DNA of 64,000 bases from assembly GCA_002269645.1 (NCBI GenBank), contig NIVC01001533.1, forward strand, positions 208,877 to 272,876. Direction: 5' to 3'. This document shows, piece after piece, positions 50,853-61,877 of the stretch. Every line of letters begins with the position of its first letter. The first letter of the stretch is position 1. Made by a program: the position numbers and the translations under genes. Source of the DNA: Macrostomum lignano (Eukaryota). Below the pieces are notes generated by a model, which searched no databases, was not told the DNA's origin, and saw only the letters and a program-made list of their open reading frames with translations.

Positions 50853-53800
50853 ATGGACGGCAGCAGCGCAAGCTCGGCCGCTCAGCAGCAGCAGGAGGAG
50901 TGCAACAAGGAGACGGCCAGCCTTGTCGGCTTGGAGCTGCTTGCCGCACTGCGGGCTGAACGCTCAGAATCCGCCGCAGACGTGGCTGCTGGTGCCGACA
51001 AGCGTCCAACAGACCTCGACTTGCTGCTCGCTGACGGTCGCTTATTAAGCGTCCATTCCACCGTGATGCGAGTGTTCAGCGAGTTCTTTCGAGTCATGCT
51101 GTCTGTTGAAATGCGCGAACGCCGCGAAGGTCGAGTAGATCTCAGTCATTTGGAAGCTAGGCACGTGGCTTATTGCATCGACCTGCTGTACGGCGATGTA
51201 CAACCGCTTGATAAAGATTCCGTGCTGGATGTGGCTTATGTGGCAAACTTTCTCCAGCTACCGGTTGCCACCCGGCATTGTCAGCGGTTATTAATGCGCT
51301 GTTTTACTACGGCCGAATTGGACTCAGCTTACGCATTGTTTGAGCGTTTGAGTTGGAACGAGTTTATGGATGAGCTTAATCGCCAGGTGAGCAGCTGGCT
51401 GCTGTAGCAACAGAGGCTTGGTTAGTTTTCTCTAGAGAGAGAGAGAGAGAGAGATTCAATTTAGACTACTGAGAAAAGTAGACGAATAAAGATTTGAATC
51501 GTAAAATCTCTTGCATAGACCACAGATACTAGAATAACTCTCTCGTAGATAGGCCACTCAGGCCTATCTTCATCAGGCCTACTTAGTAAAACAGCTTTCT
51601 ACTTTCAGTTCAGTAGCAATGAAGAATACATAAGCTATATTATAAGAATAAAGTCAGCTGAGATAACTTTGATAAGTTAAGAAGCCCAAGCTTGCAGACG
51701 CAAACGGCTTGCTAATTGGTTCAGTCATAATGTACATTAGCCACTGAAATGTACAAGGCAGACTTAGGCAGGGATTGAGGTTCTGTGTGGAGTTCTGTGT
51801 GTGTGAACTGACTGACGAAAGCAAACAAACACAAACTGCTTTTGGTCTGTCTGCGCGAGGTTAGACCCCCCCCTCCTCACTTCTAGTGTGTCACACACCC
51901 CAGTCCAACTGTAAAGCAAGCCTTAAAATCATCAAGAGACGATTAAAAAATAAAATAGCGGTATATAAAACGACGATAAAATGACTGACAGCGTTTAGTA
52001 GGCAATTAAAAACGTTTGTAAAGTACTCGGGAGTAAGAACTGGGTATAAAAGAACTAACGCTCTTAAAATGACGGAACCAGAATTGTATGACCGACAGCT
52101 CAGCCGCAGCTATTGCGCGGCGCATCTGAAAGCTGCGTACGGCTGTTCAGTCCAAGGACTGGAGGGGGGTCGCCACACACAGCCTCAATTACCCCAGCTA
52201 ATGCTGGCACCCATTTTACAGCTGGGTGAACTGAAGCAATGCAGAGTTGTTTTGCTCCAGGACACATTGTTCCAATAGGATCGGGAATCGAACCCCCAAC
52301 CTTGAAGTCGCGAGTCCGACGCTCTAACAGCTAGGCTGCAACCCCCTTAAAAATTAGAAGAAAACAGTTGCCATGACAACTCACTCATCCCCGCCCTTGC
52401 TAACCAAATCGCTCAGGTTCGCCTGGACAGCTGGGAGGATGCCAATCGGGTTCATAAATTTTCATTCGACCGGCTTCTGAGCGTTCTGAGCCGACCGGAG
52501 CTATCCGTCTCGGGCGAGGACCGCGTCCTGGACGTCTGCAGTCGCTGGATGGACGATCAGCGTATCGGCGTTGGCAACGGGCCAGCAACTGCCGCTCAGC
52601 GAATCCGCCTGCTGTCCTGCATCCGGCAGCTGTATCTGGGGCCGGATTGTCTCACTAAATTTCGAACTCTGGCCGCCGCCTGCGGTTTCCCCGGCTCTTT
52701 GCCGGCTCAGCCGCCTCTGAATACTCCGTTCCGGCGGCTGGAATTGGCCGCCGCCGGTGCCGCTCCAGCCGACCTGCTGATGCCTCGCTGTTGTCAGGAA
52801 CGGATGCTGTTCATATCCGGACCCGACATTCAGGTAAAATTGATTGACAGGCGCTCAATCATTGGCTTAGTTAGTCACTCACTCTCATTCATGAGCTCGC
52901 TCATAGGCTATGTAATCATTTAGTCACTCACTCTCATTCATGAGCTCACTCATAGGCTATGTAATCATTTAGTCACTCACTCTCATTCATGAGCTCACTC
53001 ATAGGCTATGTAATCATTTAGTCTCTCACTCTCATTCATGAGCTCACTCATAGGCTATGTAATCATTTAGTCTCTCACTCTCATTCATGAGCTCACTCAT
53101 AGGCTATGTAATCATTTAGTCTCTCACTCTCATTCATGAGCTTACTCATAGGCTATGTAATCATTTAGTCACTCACTCTCATTCATGAGCTCACCCATAG
53201 GCTATGTAATCATTTAGTCACTCACTCTCATTCATAAGCTCACCCATAGGCTATGTAATCATTTAGTCACTCACTCTCATTCATGAGCTCACCCATAGGC
53301 TATGTAATCATTTAGTCACTCACTCTCATTCATGAGCTCACCCATAGGCTATGTAATCATTTAGTCACTCACTCTCATTCATGAGCTCACCCATAGGCTA
53401 TGTAATCATTTAGTCACTCACTCTCATTCATGAGCTCACTCATAGGCTATGTAATCATTTAGTCACTCACTCTCATTCATGAGCTCACTCATAGGCTATG
53501 TAATCATTTAGTCACTCACTCTCATTCATGAGCTCACTCATAGGCTATGTAATCATTTAGTCTCTCACTCTCATTCATGAGCTCATTCATAGGCTATGTA
53601 ATCATTTAGTCACTCACTCTCATTCATGAGCTCACTCATAGGCTATGTAATCATTTAGTCTCTCACTCTCATTCATGAGCTCATTCATAGGCTATGTAAT
53701 CATTTAGTCACTCACTCTCATTCATGAGCTCACTCATAGGCTATGTAATCATTTAGTCACTCACTCTCATTCATGAGCTCATTCATAGGCTATGTAATCA

Positions 53801-56692
53801 TTTAGTCACTCACTCTCATTCATGAGCTCACTCATAGGCTATGTAATCATTTAGTCACTCACTCTCATTCATGAGCTCACTCATAGGCTATGTAATCATT
53901 TAGTCACTCACTCTCATTCATGAGCTCATTCATAGGCTATGTAATCATTTAGTCACTCACTCTCATTCATGAGCTCATTCATAGGCTATGTAATCATTTA
54001 GTCACTCACTCTCATTCATGAGCTCACTCATAGGCTACATAATTCATTCGATTATTCACTTATAAATTCATGAACTCAGTCATTTCATTTCATGAACTAA
54101 ATCATTCATGTTTGTCCTTAAGAATCAATTATCATAGCTAGAATTCATAGCTAGAATTGTAATTGACCTTAACCTGTTGTTTGCAGGGCGCCTGTCTATC
54201 ATTATTTTTTGTGGACCCATTAGAATTGAAGCAGCAAGGTCAACAGCAGCAGCTCACTCTGCACTGCGAACAGCTTGACGCTCCGGAATTTAAGATGCGC
54301 ACAGTTGAACTGCAGTGCTGCGTTGGTGGCGGCGGATGCGTGTTGTTCCTACATGAGACTGTCATGAATGTGATGTACAGTTTCGTGTCCATGCCGGCGC
54401 CTTCTAGTCTGTACGCCATCGACCTGGCCGGAGTGCTGCCCGTGCTGCGCTATCAAGGCGTACCCGATTCGCTAATTGGATTCCGGATGCTCTGTCTAGG
54501 CAGCCGTCTGTACGCCTTTGGCGGCCGCGACTGTCGCATGACTATCCGCGATCTCGTGTTCGTGTTTGATAGCGTCACGCCTGGCGGCACTATGAAATGG
54601 GATCACGTGTTTTATCCCTTGGAGAGCACTGGCGGTAGGAAGGTAAGGATTTGTTCTGAATTTGCGGCCTGGAGTGCTTAATACTAAATTTGATTTTGCA
54701 TCATTTCCCGCTCTCAGGTGCCCGTACTGTTGCCTCAGCCAATGAGCGAGCTGGCTGTACTAGCTGTGCCGTCTGCCGCCCTGCCCCAGTCCGCCCCCGA
54801 CTCGGTCAACAAAGCTGCCAAGCTGGACAGAGCAGCGGCGGCGTCCCGCCACGTGCTGCTCTCCGGTGGGCGAACTAACGGCGACGAAGAGGGCGATCCT
54901 AGGCCTGCGCTGAACTGTCTGTACAGGTTAGGTTGGGTCCTCGGTGCGGTTATGATCATCCTGAATCGAATCACCCCGAATCAAACTGGCATCAACCCAA
55001 ATCCCCAGATCAACTGGCATCATCCCAGATCCCCAATCAAACTGGCTTCATCCCAGATCCCCAATCAAACTGGCTTCACCCCAGATCCCCAATCAAACTG
55101 GCTTCATCCCAGATCCCCAATCAAACTGGCTTCATCCCAGATCCCCAATCAAAATGGCTTCATCCCAGATCCCCAATCAAAATGGCTTCATCCCAGATCC
55201 CCAATCAAAATGGCTTCACCCCAGATCCCCAATCAAACTGGCTTCATCCCAGATCCCCAATCAAAATGGCTTCACCCCAGATCCCCAATCAAACTGGCTT
55301 CACCCCAGATCCCCAATCAAAATGGCTTCATCCCAGATCCCCAATCAAAATGGCTTCACCCCAGATCCCCAATCAAAATGGCTTCATCCCAGATCCCCAA
55401 TCAAACTGGCTTCATCCCAGATCCCCAATCAAACTGGCTTCATCCCAGATCCCCAATCAAACTGGCTTCACCCCAGATCCCCAATCAAAATGGCTTCATC
55501 CCAGATCCCCAATCAAAATGGCATCATCCCAGATCCCCAAATCAACTGGCATCACCCCAGATCCCCAAATCAACTGGCATCATCCCAGATCCCCAATCAA
55601 ACTGGCTTCGCCCCAGATCCCCAATCAAACTGGCTTCATCCCAGATCCCCAATCAAACTGGCTTCATCCCAGATCCCCAATCAAAATGGCTTCACCCCAG
55701 ATCCCCAATCAAACTGGCTTCACCCCAGATCCCCAATCAAACTGGCATCATCCCAGATCCCCAAATCAACTGGCATCACCCCAGATCCCCAAATCAACTG
55801 GCTTCACCCCAGATCCCCAATCAAACTGGCTTCATCCCAGATCCCCAATCAAACTGGCTTCATCCCAGATCCCCAATCAAACTGGCTTCATCCCAGATCC
55901 CCAATCAAACTGGCTTCACCCCAGATCCCCAATCAAACTGGCTTCATCCCAGATCCCCAATCAAACTGGCTTCATCCCAGATCCCCAATCAAACTGGCTT
56001 CACCCCAGATCCCCAATCAAACTGGCTTCACCCCAGATCCCCAATCAAACTGGCTTCACCCCAGATCCCCAATCAAACTGGCTTCATCCCAGATCCCCAA
56101 TCAAACTGGCTTCACCCCAGATCCCCAATCAAACTGGCACCCTCTTCCCTGCGGCCCCCCCAGATACGACAGCCATCGAATGGAGTTCAGCCGCCTGGCG
56201 GACATGAACCGCAGCCGATTCGGCCACAGCATGCACCTGGTCGGCAATCGAATATTCGTATTCGGCGGCACGCCCGATTCATCGGAGAGCCCGTTCTCAT
56301 TCGCCGAGTATTACTCTCCGGACACCGACCAGTGGACGGTGGTGTCCGCTCTGGAGAGCCTCGGCCCGTCCCGCCCGCTGACATCAATTTTGGGCGGCCG
56401 AATTTTCTACATTGGCCGGCCGCACGGCCAAGAGATGCTGCGCGACGGCCTGTGGGAATTCGAATTGGACAACGGCTACGAAGGGGTGACATCGTTGCAT
56501 CACCTGCGCGACCTGCCCGTTGCTATGCGAGACGCCACCAGAAGGGAGACTCACTGCGTGGCCCTGTCCGTGAACGTTAGTCCGTCCGGTTTGCGCTCCC
56601 TGCGTCAGCTGCTACTGTCGCCTAGCGAAGATGCCGATGCCAGGTCGAGCGAGAGCGGCGGTGGCTCGAGACGGGCGTCCCGTGCGCACTAA
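50853..56692 (+). CDS. BTB-BACK-Kelch (KLHL-like) protein, 714 aa, 5 exons
   Basis: Exons 50853-51386, 52417-52833, 54187-54642, 54718-54926, 56164-56692 (2145 nt). BTB: TDLDLL...VHSTVM..FSEFFRVMLSVEMRE...LLY...ANFLQL. BACK: LSVSGEDRV...W. Kelch: LYAFGG, LLSGG, RFGHSM..GNRIFVFGG...EYYSPDTDQW. Confidence 0.88.
52091..52339 (-). mobile_element. SINE family A, most complete copy: tRNA-like head, central core and 3' tail
   Basis: Minus strand reads GCAGCCTAGCTGTTAGAGCGTCGGACTC...GGGTTCGATTCCC (A/B boxes), then TGCTTCAGTTCACCCAGCTGTAAAATGGGTGCC, then the tail shared with the 4329 and 20456 copies. Confidence 0.82.
52868..54038. repeat. 49-bp minisatellite filling Kelch intron 2
   Basis: (TAGTCACTCACTCTCATTCATGAGCTCACTCATAGGCTATGTAATCATT)n, about 24 units. 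Confidence 0.97.
54965..56140. repeat. 28-bp minisatellite (CCCAGATCCCCAATCAAACTGGCTTCAT)n filling Kelch intron 4
   Basis: About 41 units. Confidence 0.97.
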
Positions 56693-56814
56693 TTTGAACT
56701 AGTTGTGTCTATTAGTTTACTCTTCTTGATTTTTCCTGTGTCTGGGGGTTTAGCATTTCCTGTGTACGTTTTAATTAACTGTGTAGTACTGCGTTGCTAA
56801 TATTTTATGGTGTC

Positions 56815-57130
56815 AGTAGTATATATAGCTAGTATTCTTTCAATGATGTCAGTATGTATAGCTAGTATTCTATAGTGTCAGTAGTACATACAACTAGTAT
56901 TCTATAGTGTCAGTAGTACATACAACTAGTATTCTATAGTGTCAGTAGTACATACAACTAGTATTCTATAGTGTCAGTAGTACATACAACTAGTATTCTA
57001 TAGTGTCAGTAGTACATACAACTAGTATTCTATAGTTTGAGTAGTATATATAGCTAATATTCTATGGTGTCAGTAGTATATATTATAGCTAGTATTCTTT
57101 GGTGTCAGTAGTATATATAGTGTTTTATAT
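56815..57130. repeat. 32-bp minisatellite (CTAGTATTCTATAGTGTCAGTAGTACATACAA)n downstream of the Kelch stop
   Basis: About 5 clean units plus degenerate flanking copies. Confidence 0.88.
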
Positions 57131-58126
57131 GCTCAGTACCGTCTATAGCGTCAGTGTCAGTCAGTAGTATCTAGAGTTTCAAAAGTGCCTAATGTCTCAG
57201 TCACGTGTGTCAAATATTTCTATTATCTCGATGTGTGCAGAGTCACTTGTCAAAACTTGTTCAAAAGTATTGCTACACCTCCTGTTGGTGTCTGGCAGTA
57301 GTATCTGTCGTTTCAATTGGCTTGTACAGTCGACATTTAGCCTTTTTTAATGCTGGCGAATTGCCTAACCCTTATTAACTGCTCCAACCTGTCATGAAAG
57401 CTGCTATCCCCTGACTGCTGCACTCGCGTACGAGCTACTAGTTTCAGTAGTATGCACGCGTTAAATGTTAGTTTTAGCGCGCACCGGTGCAATAGAGCCT
57501 TTCAACTGGTAAAGATTTCTTCAATTGTTGTACTTTTATACCAGCTCAGCCACCAGCCGTCTCTTCTGCCTAGTCCTGCCACTTAATCCCCTGGCAACTG
57601 ACCGACTTGAGCTGGTTTGAACCATGAGATTGTTTGTTTGTTATGCCTCTTGTTGCTGTGTTCAAGCTGTTTTAATTAATAATATAATCAAGCGCCAATC
57701 CTGATTTAAAGCTGTTAACCCGATCTATTCGTGTAATTAATTATTTATCTGTTCTGAAAGAGTCACTGTAAGCAAAATTATGCGCTTCTAAGATCGATTT
57801 TTCCGGATTCAATCCGAAACTTTTTATTTTTTCTCTAGCCACTGTTCCTTTTATATATTAATATCAGTAGTATTTGTACGTTTTTAACGTCATTAATTGT
57901 GTTCTTGTACTTATAATTTCTAATCGTTACTTTAGTTTTTTTTAAAGAAGTAAAATTCCAAGCCTGCTATTTGTGTTTAATAATCGTCTAACGACATCTG
58001 GTTTTCAACTGATTCAATCTGACCGATTGGTGTGTTAACTAATAAACTGCAAATTGGCTTTGTATTGTCAACTTTTGCAGACTTGTATTGTGTGCGACTG
58101 ATCTGATCTACTTACTTCGTTATATC

Positions 58127-58844
58127 TGCTGGGCCAGCCTCCCAGATCCTCAGTTGCTGGGCCAGCCTCCCAGATCCTCAGTTGCTGGGCCAGCCTCCCA
58201 GATCCTCAGTTGCTGGGCCAGCCTCCCAGATCCTCAGTTGCTGGTCCAGCCTCCCAGATCCTCAGTTGCTGGGCCAGCCTCCCAGATCCTCAGTTGCTGG
58301 GCCAGCCTCCCAGATCCTCAGTTGCTGGGCCAGCCTCCCAGATCCTCAGTTGCTGGGCCAGCCTCCCAGATCCTCAGTTGCTGGGCCAGCCTCCCAGATC
58401 CTCAGTTGCTGGGCCAGCCTCCCAGATCCTCAGTTGCTGGGCCAGCCTCCCAGATCCTCAGTTGCTGGGCCAGCCTCCCAGATCCTCAGTTGCTGGGCCA
58501 GCCTCCCAGATCCTCAGTTGCTGGGCCAGCCTCCCAGATCCTCAGTTTCTGGCCAGCCTCCCAGATCCTCAGTTGCTGGGCCAGCCTCCCAGATCCTCAG
58601 TTGCTGGGCCAGCCTCCCAGATCCTCAGTTGCTGGGCCAGCCTCCCAGATCCTCAGTTGCTGGGCCAGCCTCCCAGATCCTCAGTTTCTGGCCAGCCTCC
58701 CAGATCCTCAGTTGCTGGGCCAGCCTCCCAGATCCTCAGTTGCTGGGCCAGCCTCCCAGATCCTCAGTTGCTGGGCCAGCCTCCCAGATCCTCAGTTGCT
58801 GGGTCAGCCTCCCAGATCCTCAGTTGCTGGGCCAGCCTCCCAGA
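58127..58844. repeat. 28-bp minisatellite (GCTGGGCCAGCCTCCCAGATCCTCAGTT)n immediately upstream of NFS1
   Basis: About 25 units. Confidence 0.97.
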
Positions 58845-58861
58845 AATATTTAGTGATAAAC

Positions 58862-58879
58862 TATTCCTTCTAAATTCAG
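58862..58879 (+). promoter_or_regulatory. Candidate 3' splice / SL trans-splice acceptor 9 nt upstream of the NFS1 ATG
   Basis: TATTCCTTCTAAATTCAG|CCGCTCAGC-ATG. Confidence 0.45.
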
Positions 58880-58888
58880 CCGCTCAGC

Positions 58889-61825
58889 ATGTCATCTCTG
58901 ACTGCGCTAACCGCTATTCACCGAGGCTGCCGAAGCTTGCTACTCATGCGCCAGTCGGCTCTTAGATGCAACTGGCAGCGCCTTCTGGGCACGGAGGCTG
59001 CCGCTGCTGCTACTGCTGCTCCGGCTAGCACCGATTCAACTCCGGCTGCTGGGGAGTCTCCATTCCGACCGCTGTATCTGGATCTTCAGGTGTGCTTTTT
59101 ATTGTTTCATTATTATACTCGTAATACAATATATACGTCATTCTCTGATTAGTCGAAAATGTGACAGGGTCTGATTGATTAAGAGTATAATAATTCGATT
59201 CTCTGATTGGTCATAAGAAACAGCGGCTGCTGTTCTCCAATTGGTCAAGGGAATGGCGGCTGCTGTTCTCCAATTGGTCAAGGGAATAGCGGCTGCTGTT
59301 CTCCGATTGGTTAAGGGAATAGTGGCTGCTGTTCTCCGATTGGTTAAGGGAATAGTGGCTGCTGTTTTCCAATTGGTCAAGGGAATGGCGGCTGCTGTTC
59401 TCCAATTGGTCAAGGGAATAGCGGCTGCTGTTCTCCAATTGGTCAAGGGAATAGCGGCTGCTGTTCTCCGATTGGTTAAGGGAATAGCGGCTGCTGTTCT
59501 CCGATTGGTTAAGGGAATAGCGGCTGCTGTTCTCCGATTGGTCAAGGGAATAGTGGCTGCTGTCCTCTGATTGGTAAGGGGAATAGCGGCTGCTGTTCTC
59601 CGATTGGTCAATGGAATGGCGGCTGCTGTTCTCAGATTGGTCAAGGGAATAGTGGCTGCTGTCCTCTGATTGGTAAGGGGAATAGCGGCTGCTGTTCTCC
59701 GATTGGTCAATGGAATGGCGGCTGCTGTTCTCAGATTGGTCAAGGGAATAGTGGCTGCTGTTCTCTGATTTGCCGGATCGAGTCGCTTTTCGTGCTCTCC
59801 CTAGTGTGTGAACTAAAACCGACACGATGTCCACACTTCTCTGAATTGCTCAAAAATAGGCGACGACTCCGCTGGATCCTCGTGTCCTGGACGCCATGCT
59901 GCCCTACTGTACCGGCCTGTTCGGCAACCCGCACTCTCGCTCACACGCCTACGGCTGGGAGACCGAGACCGCTGTTGAGAAGGCCAGAGCACAGGTGGCC
60001 CAGCTCATTGGCGCCGATCCCAAAGAGATTGTGTTCACTAGCGGCGCCACAGAGTCTAATAATATCGCTATTAAAGGCGTTGCCAGGTTCTACAAGTCAA
60101 GGAAGCGTCACCTCATTACTAGCCAGACTGAGCACAAGTGCGTGCTCGACTCGTGCCGCGCGCTAGAGTCCGAGGGATTCGAGGTTTGCTTGCCGAATTG
60201 TTCCTTGCTTTTGTCCAGGCCGCCACGGTGCCAGCCCTCCCCTTTGCCCAGGCCGCTACGGTGCCAGATCTTTGATCATGCCGCCATATCCCTCCTCGCT
60301 TATCTTTGATCATGCCGCCAAAACCCTCCACCACTTATCTTTGATCATGCCGCCATAACCCTCCCCCACTTATCTTTGATCATGCCGCCATAACCCTCCC
60401 CCACTTATCTTTGATCATGCCGCCATAACCCTCCCCACTTATCTTTGATCATGCCGCCATAACCCTCCCCCACTTATCTTTGATCATGCCGCCATAACCC
60501 TCCCCACTTACATGTATTTTTGATCATGCTGCCATAACCCTCCACCACTTATCTTTGATCATGCCGCCATAACCCTCCCCCACTTATCTTTGATCATGCC
60601 GCCAAAACCCTCCACCACTTATCTTTGATCATGCCGCCATAACCCTCCCCACTTATCTTTGATCATGCCGCCATAACCCTCCCCACTTACATGTATTTTT
60701 GATCATGCTGCCATAACCCTCCCCCACTTATCTTTAATCATACCGCCAAAACCCTCCACCACTTATCTTTGATCATGCCGCCATAACCCTCCACCACTTA
60801 TCTTTGATCATGCCGCCATAACCCTCCACCACTTATCTTTGATCATGCCGCCATAACCCTCCCTCACTTATCTTTGATCATGCCGCCATATCTTTGACCT
60901 AATTGATCCATCCTCTCACCCTCCGAGATTAGCTATGATAAATCTCTATATTCACCCAAACCGCCAGGTAACTTACCTGCCAGTGAAGCCGTCTGGTCTA
61001 CTAGACCTGGCCAGCCTAGAGTCCGCCATCCGCCCCGACACCGCCCTGGTGTCGGTCATGACAGTCAACAATGAAATCGGCGTCCGTCAGCCTGTTGAAA
61101 AGATCGGCGCCCTCTGCCGGTCCCGCGGCGTATTCTTTCACACAGACGCTGCTCAGGCAGTTGGCAAAATGCCAATCGACGTCAACGCCGCCTGCATCGA
61201 CCTGATGTCGATCTCCGGGCACAAGCTCTACGGCCCAAAAGGTGTCGGCGCTATCTACGTTCGTCGGCGTCCGCGCGTCCGACTGGAACCGTTGCAGAGC
61301 GGCGGCGGCCAGGAGCGCGGGATGCGATCTGGCACGGTGCCAAGCTTCCTGGCCGTCGGCCTCGGCGCCGCCTGCCAGCTGGCCGGCCAAGAGATGGCCT
61401 TCGATGCCGAGCGGGTTGACCGGCTGTCCCAACGCCTAATCGATCGGATAGTCAGCCAGCTGAGTCACGTGGTGGTTAACGGCGACCGGGACAGCTGCTA
61501 TCCCGGCTGCGTTAATCTCAGCTTCGCCTGCGTCGAAGGCGAATCCCTGCTGATGGCGCTGAAAGACGTCGCCTTGTCGTCCGGCAGCGCGTGCACCTCG
61601 GCCAGCCTGGAGCCGTCCTACGTGCTCAGGGCTATTGGCGCCGATGAAGATCTGGCTCATTCCAGCATCCGCTTCGGGATTGGCCGGTTCACTACAGAGG
61701 CCGAGGTGGACTACACTGTTGACTTGTGCGTCAGGCAGGTCCGCCGGCTCAGGGAGCTCAGCCCGCTCTGGGAGATGGTGCAGGAGGGCGTCGATTTGAA
61801 GAGCATCCAGTGGACTCAGCATTGA
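58889..61825 (+). CDS. NFS1: Mitochondrial cysteine desulfurase NFS1, 460 aa, 3 exons
   Basis: Exons 58889-59089, 59860-60183, 60968-61825. R/L/S/A-rich presequence; RPLYLDLQ|[47 protein letters not shown] (PLP lysine), [17 protein letters not shown] (catalytic Cys), C-terminal IQWTQH. Confidence 0.96.
59220..59768. repeat. 33-bp minisatellite (GCGGCTGCTGTTCTCCGATTGGTCAAGGGAATA)n in NFS1 intron 1
   Basis: About 16 units. Confidence 0.95.
60285..60892. repeat. 34-35-bp minisatellite (CCACTTATCTTTGATCATGCCGCCATAACCCTCC)n in NFS1 intron 2
   Basis: About 17 units. Confidence 0.95.
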
Positions 61826-61877
61826 GTTTTTGTTCGGAGTCTAATGTGTCTAAATAAGGGTTGCGACGCACTAAAAA

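Noticed and set aside
52091-52160. Hammerhead ribozyme in the SINE tail (as in schistosome SINE-like repeats)
   Set aside because: No CUGANGA...GAAA core with flanking stems was found on either strand
52280-52339. tRNA gene (also the tRNA-like piece at 42491-42535)
   Set aside because: A/B boxes are present but I could not build a complete cloverleaf or acceptor stem; the 52-kb one is attached to a dispersed repeat body, so it is a SINE head
54718-56580. 620-aa ORF as a standalone repetitive protein
   Set aside because: It is Kelch exon 4 reading through intron 4; good GT-AG sites at 54927 and 56163 restore the kelch frame
61016-61822. Antisense ORFs overlapping NFS1, MDH1, ATAD3 and the GPCR
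   Set aside because: Shadow ORFs typical of GC-rich coding sequence; no recognisable motifs
60968-61825. Horizontal transfer of a bacterial iscS
   Set aside because: The gene has spliceosomal introns, a mitochondrial presequence and the eukaryotic NFS1 C-terminus
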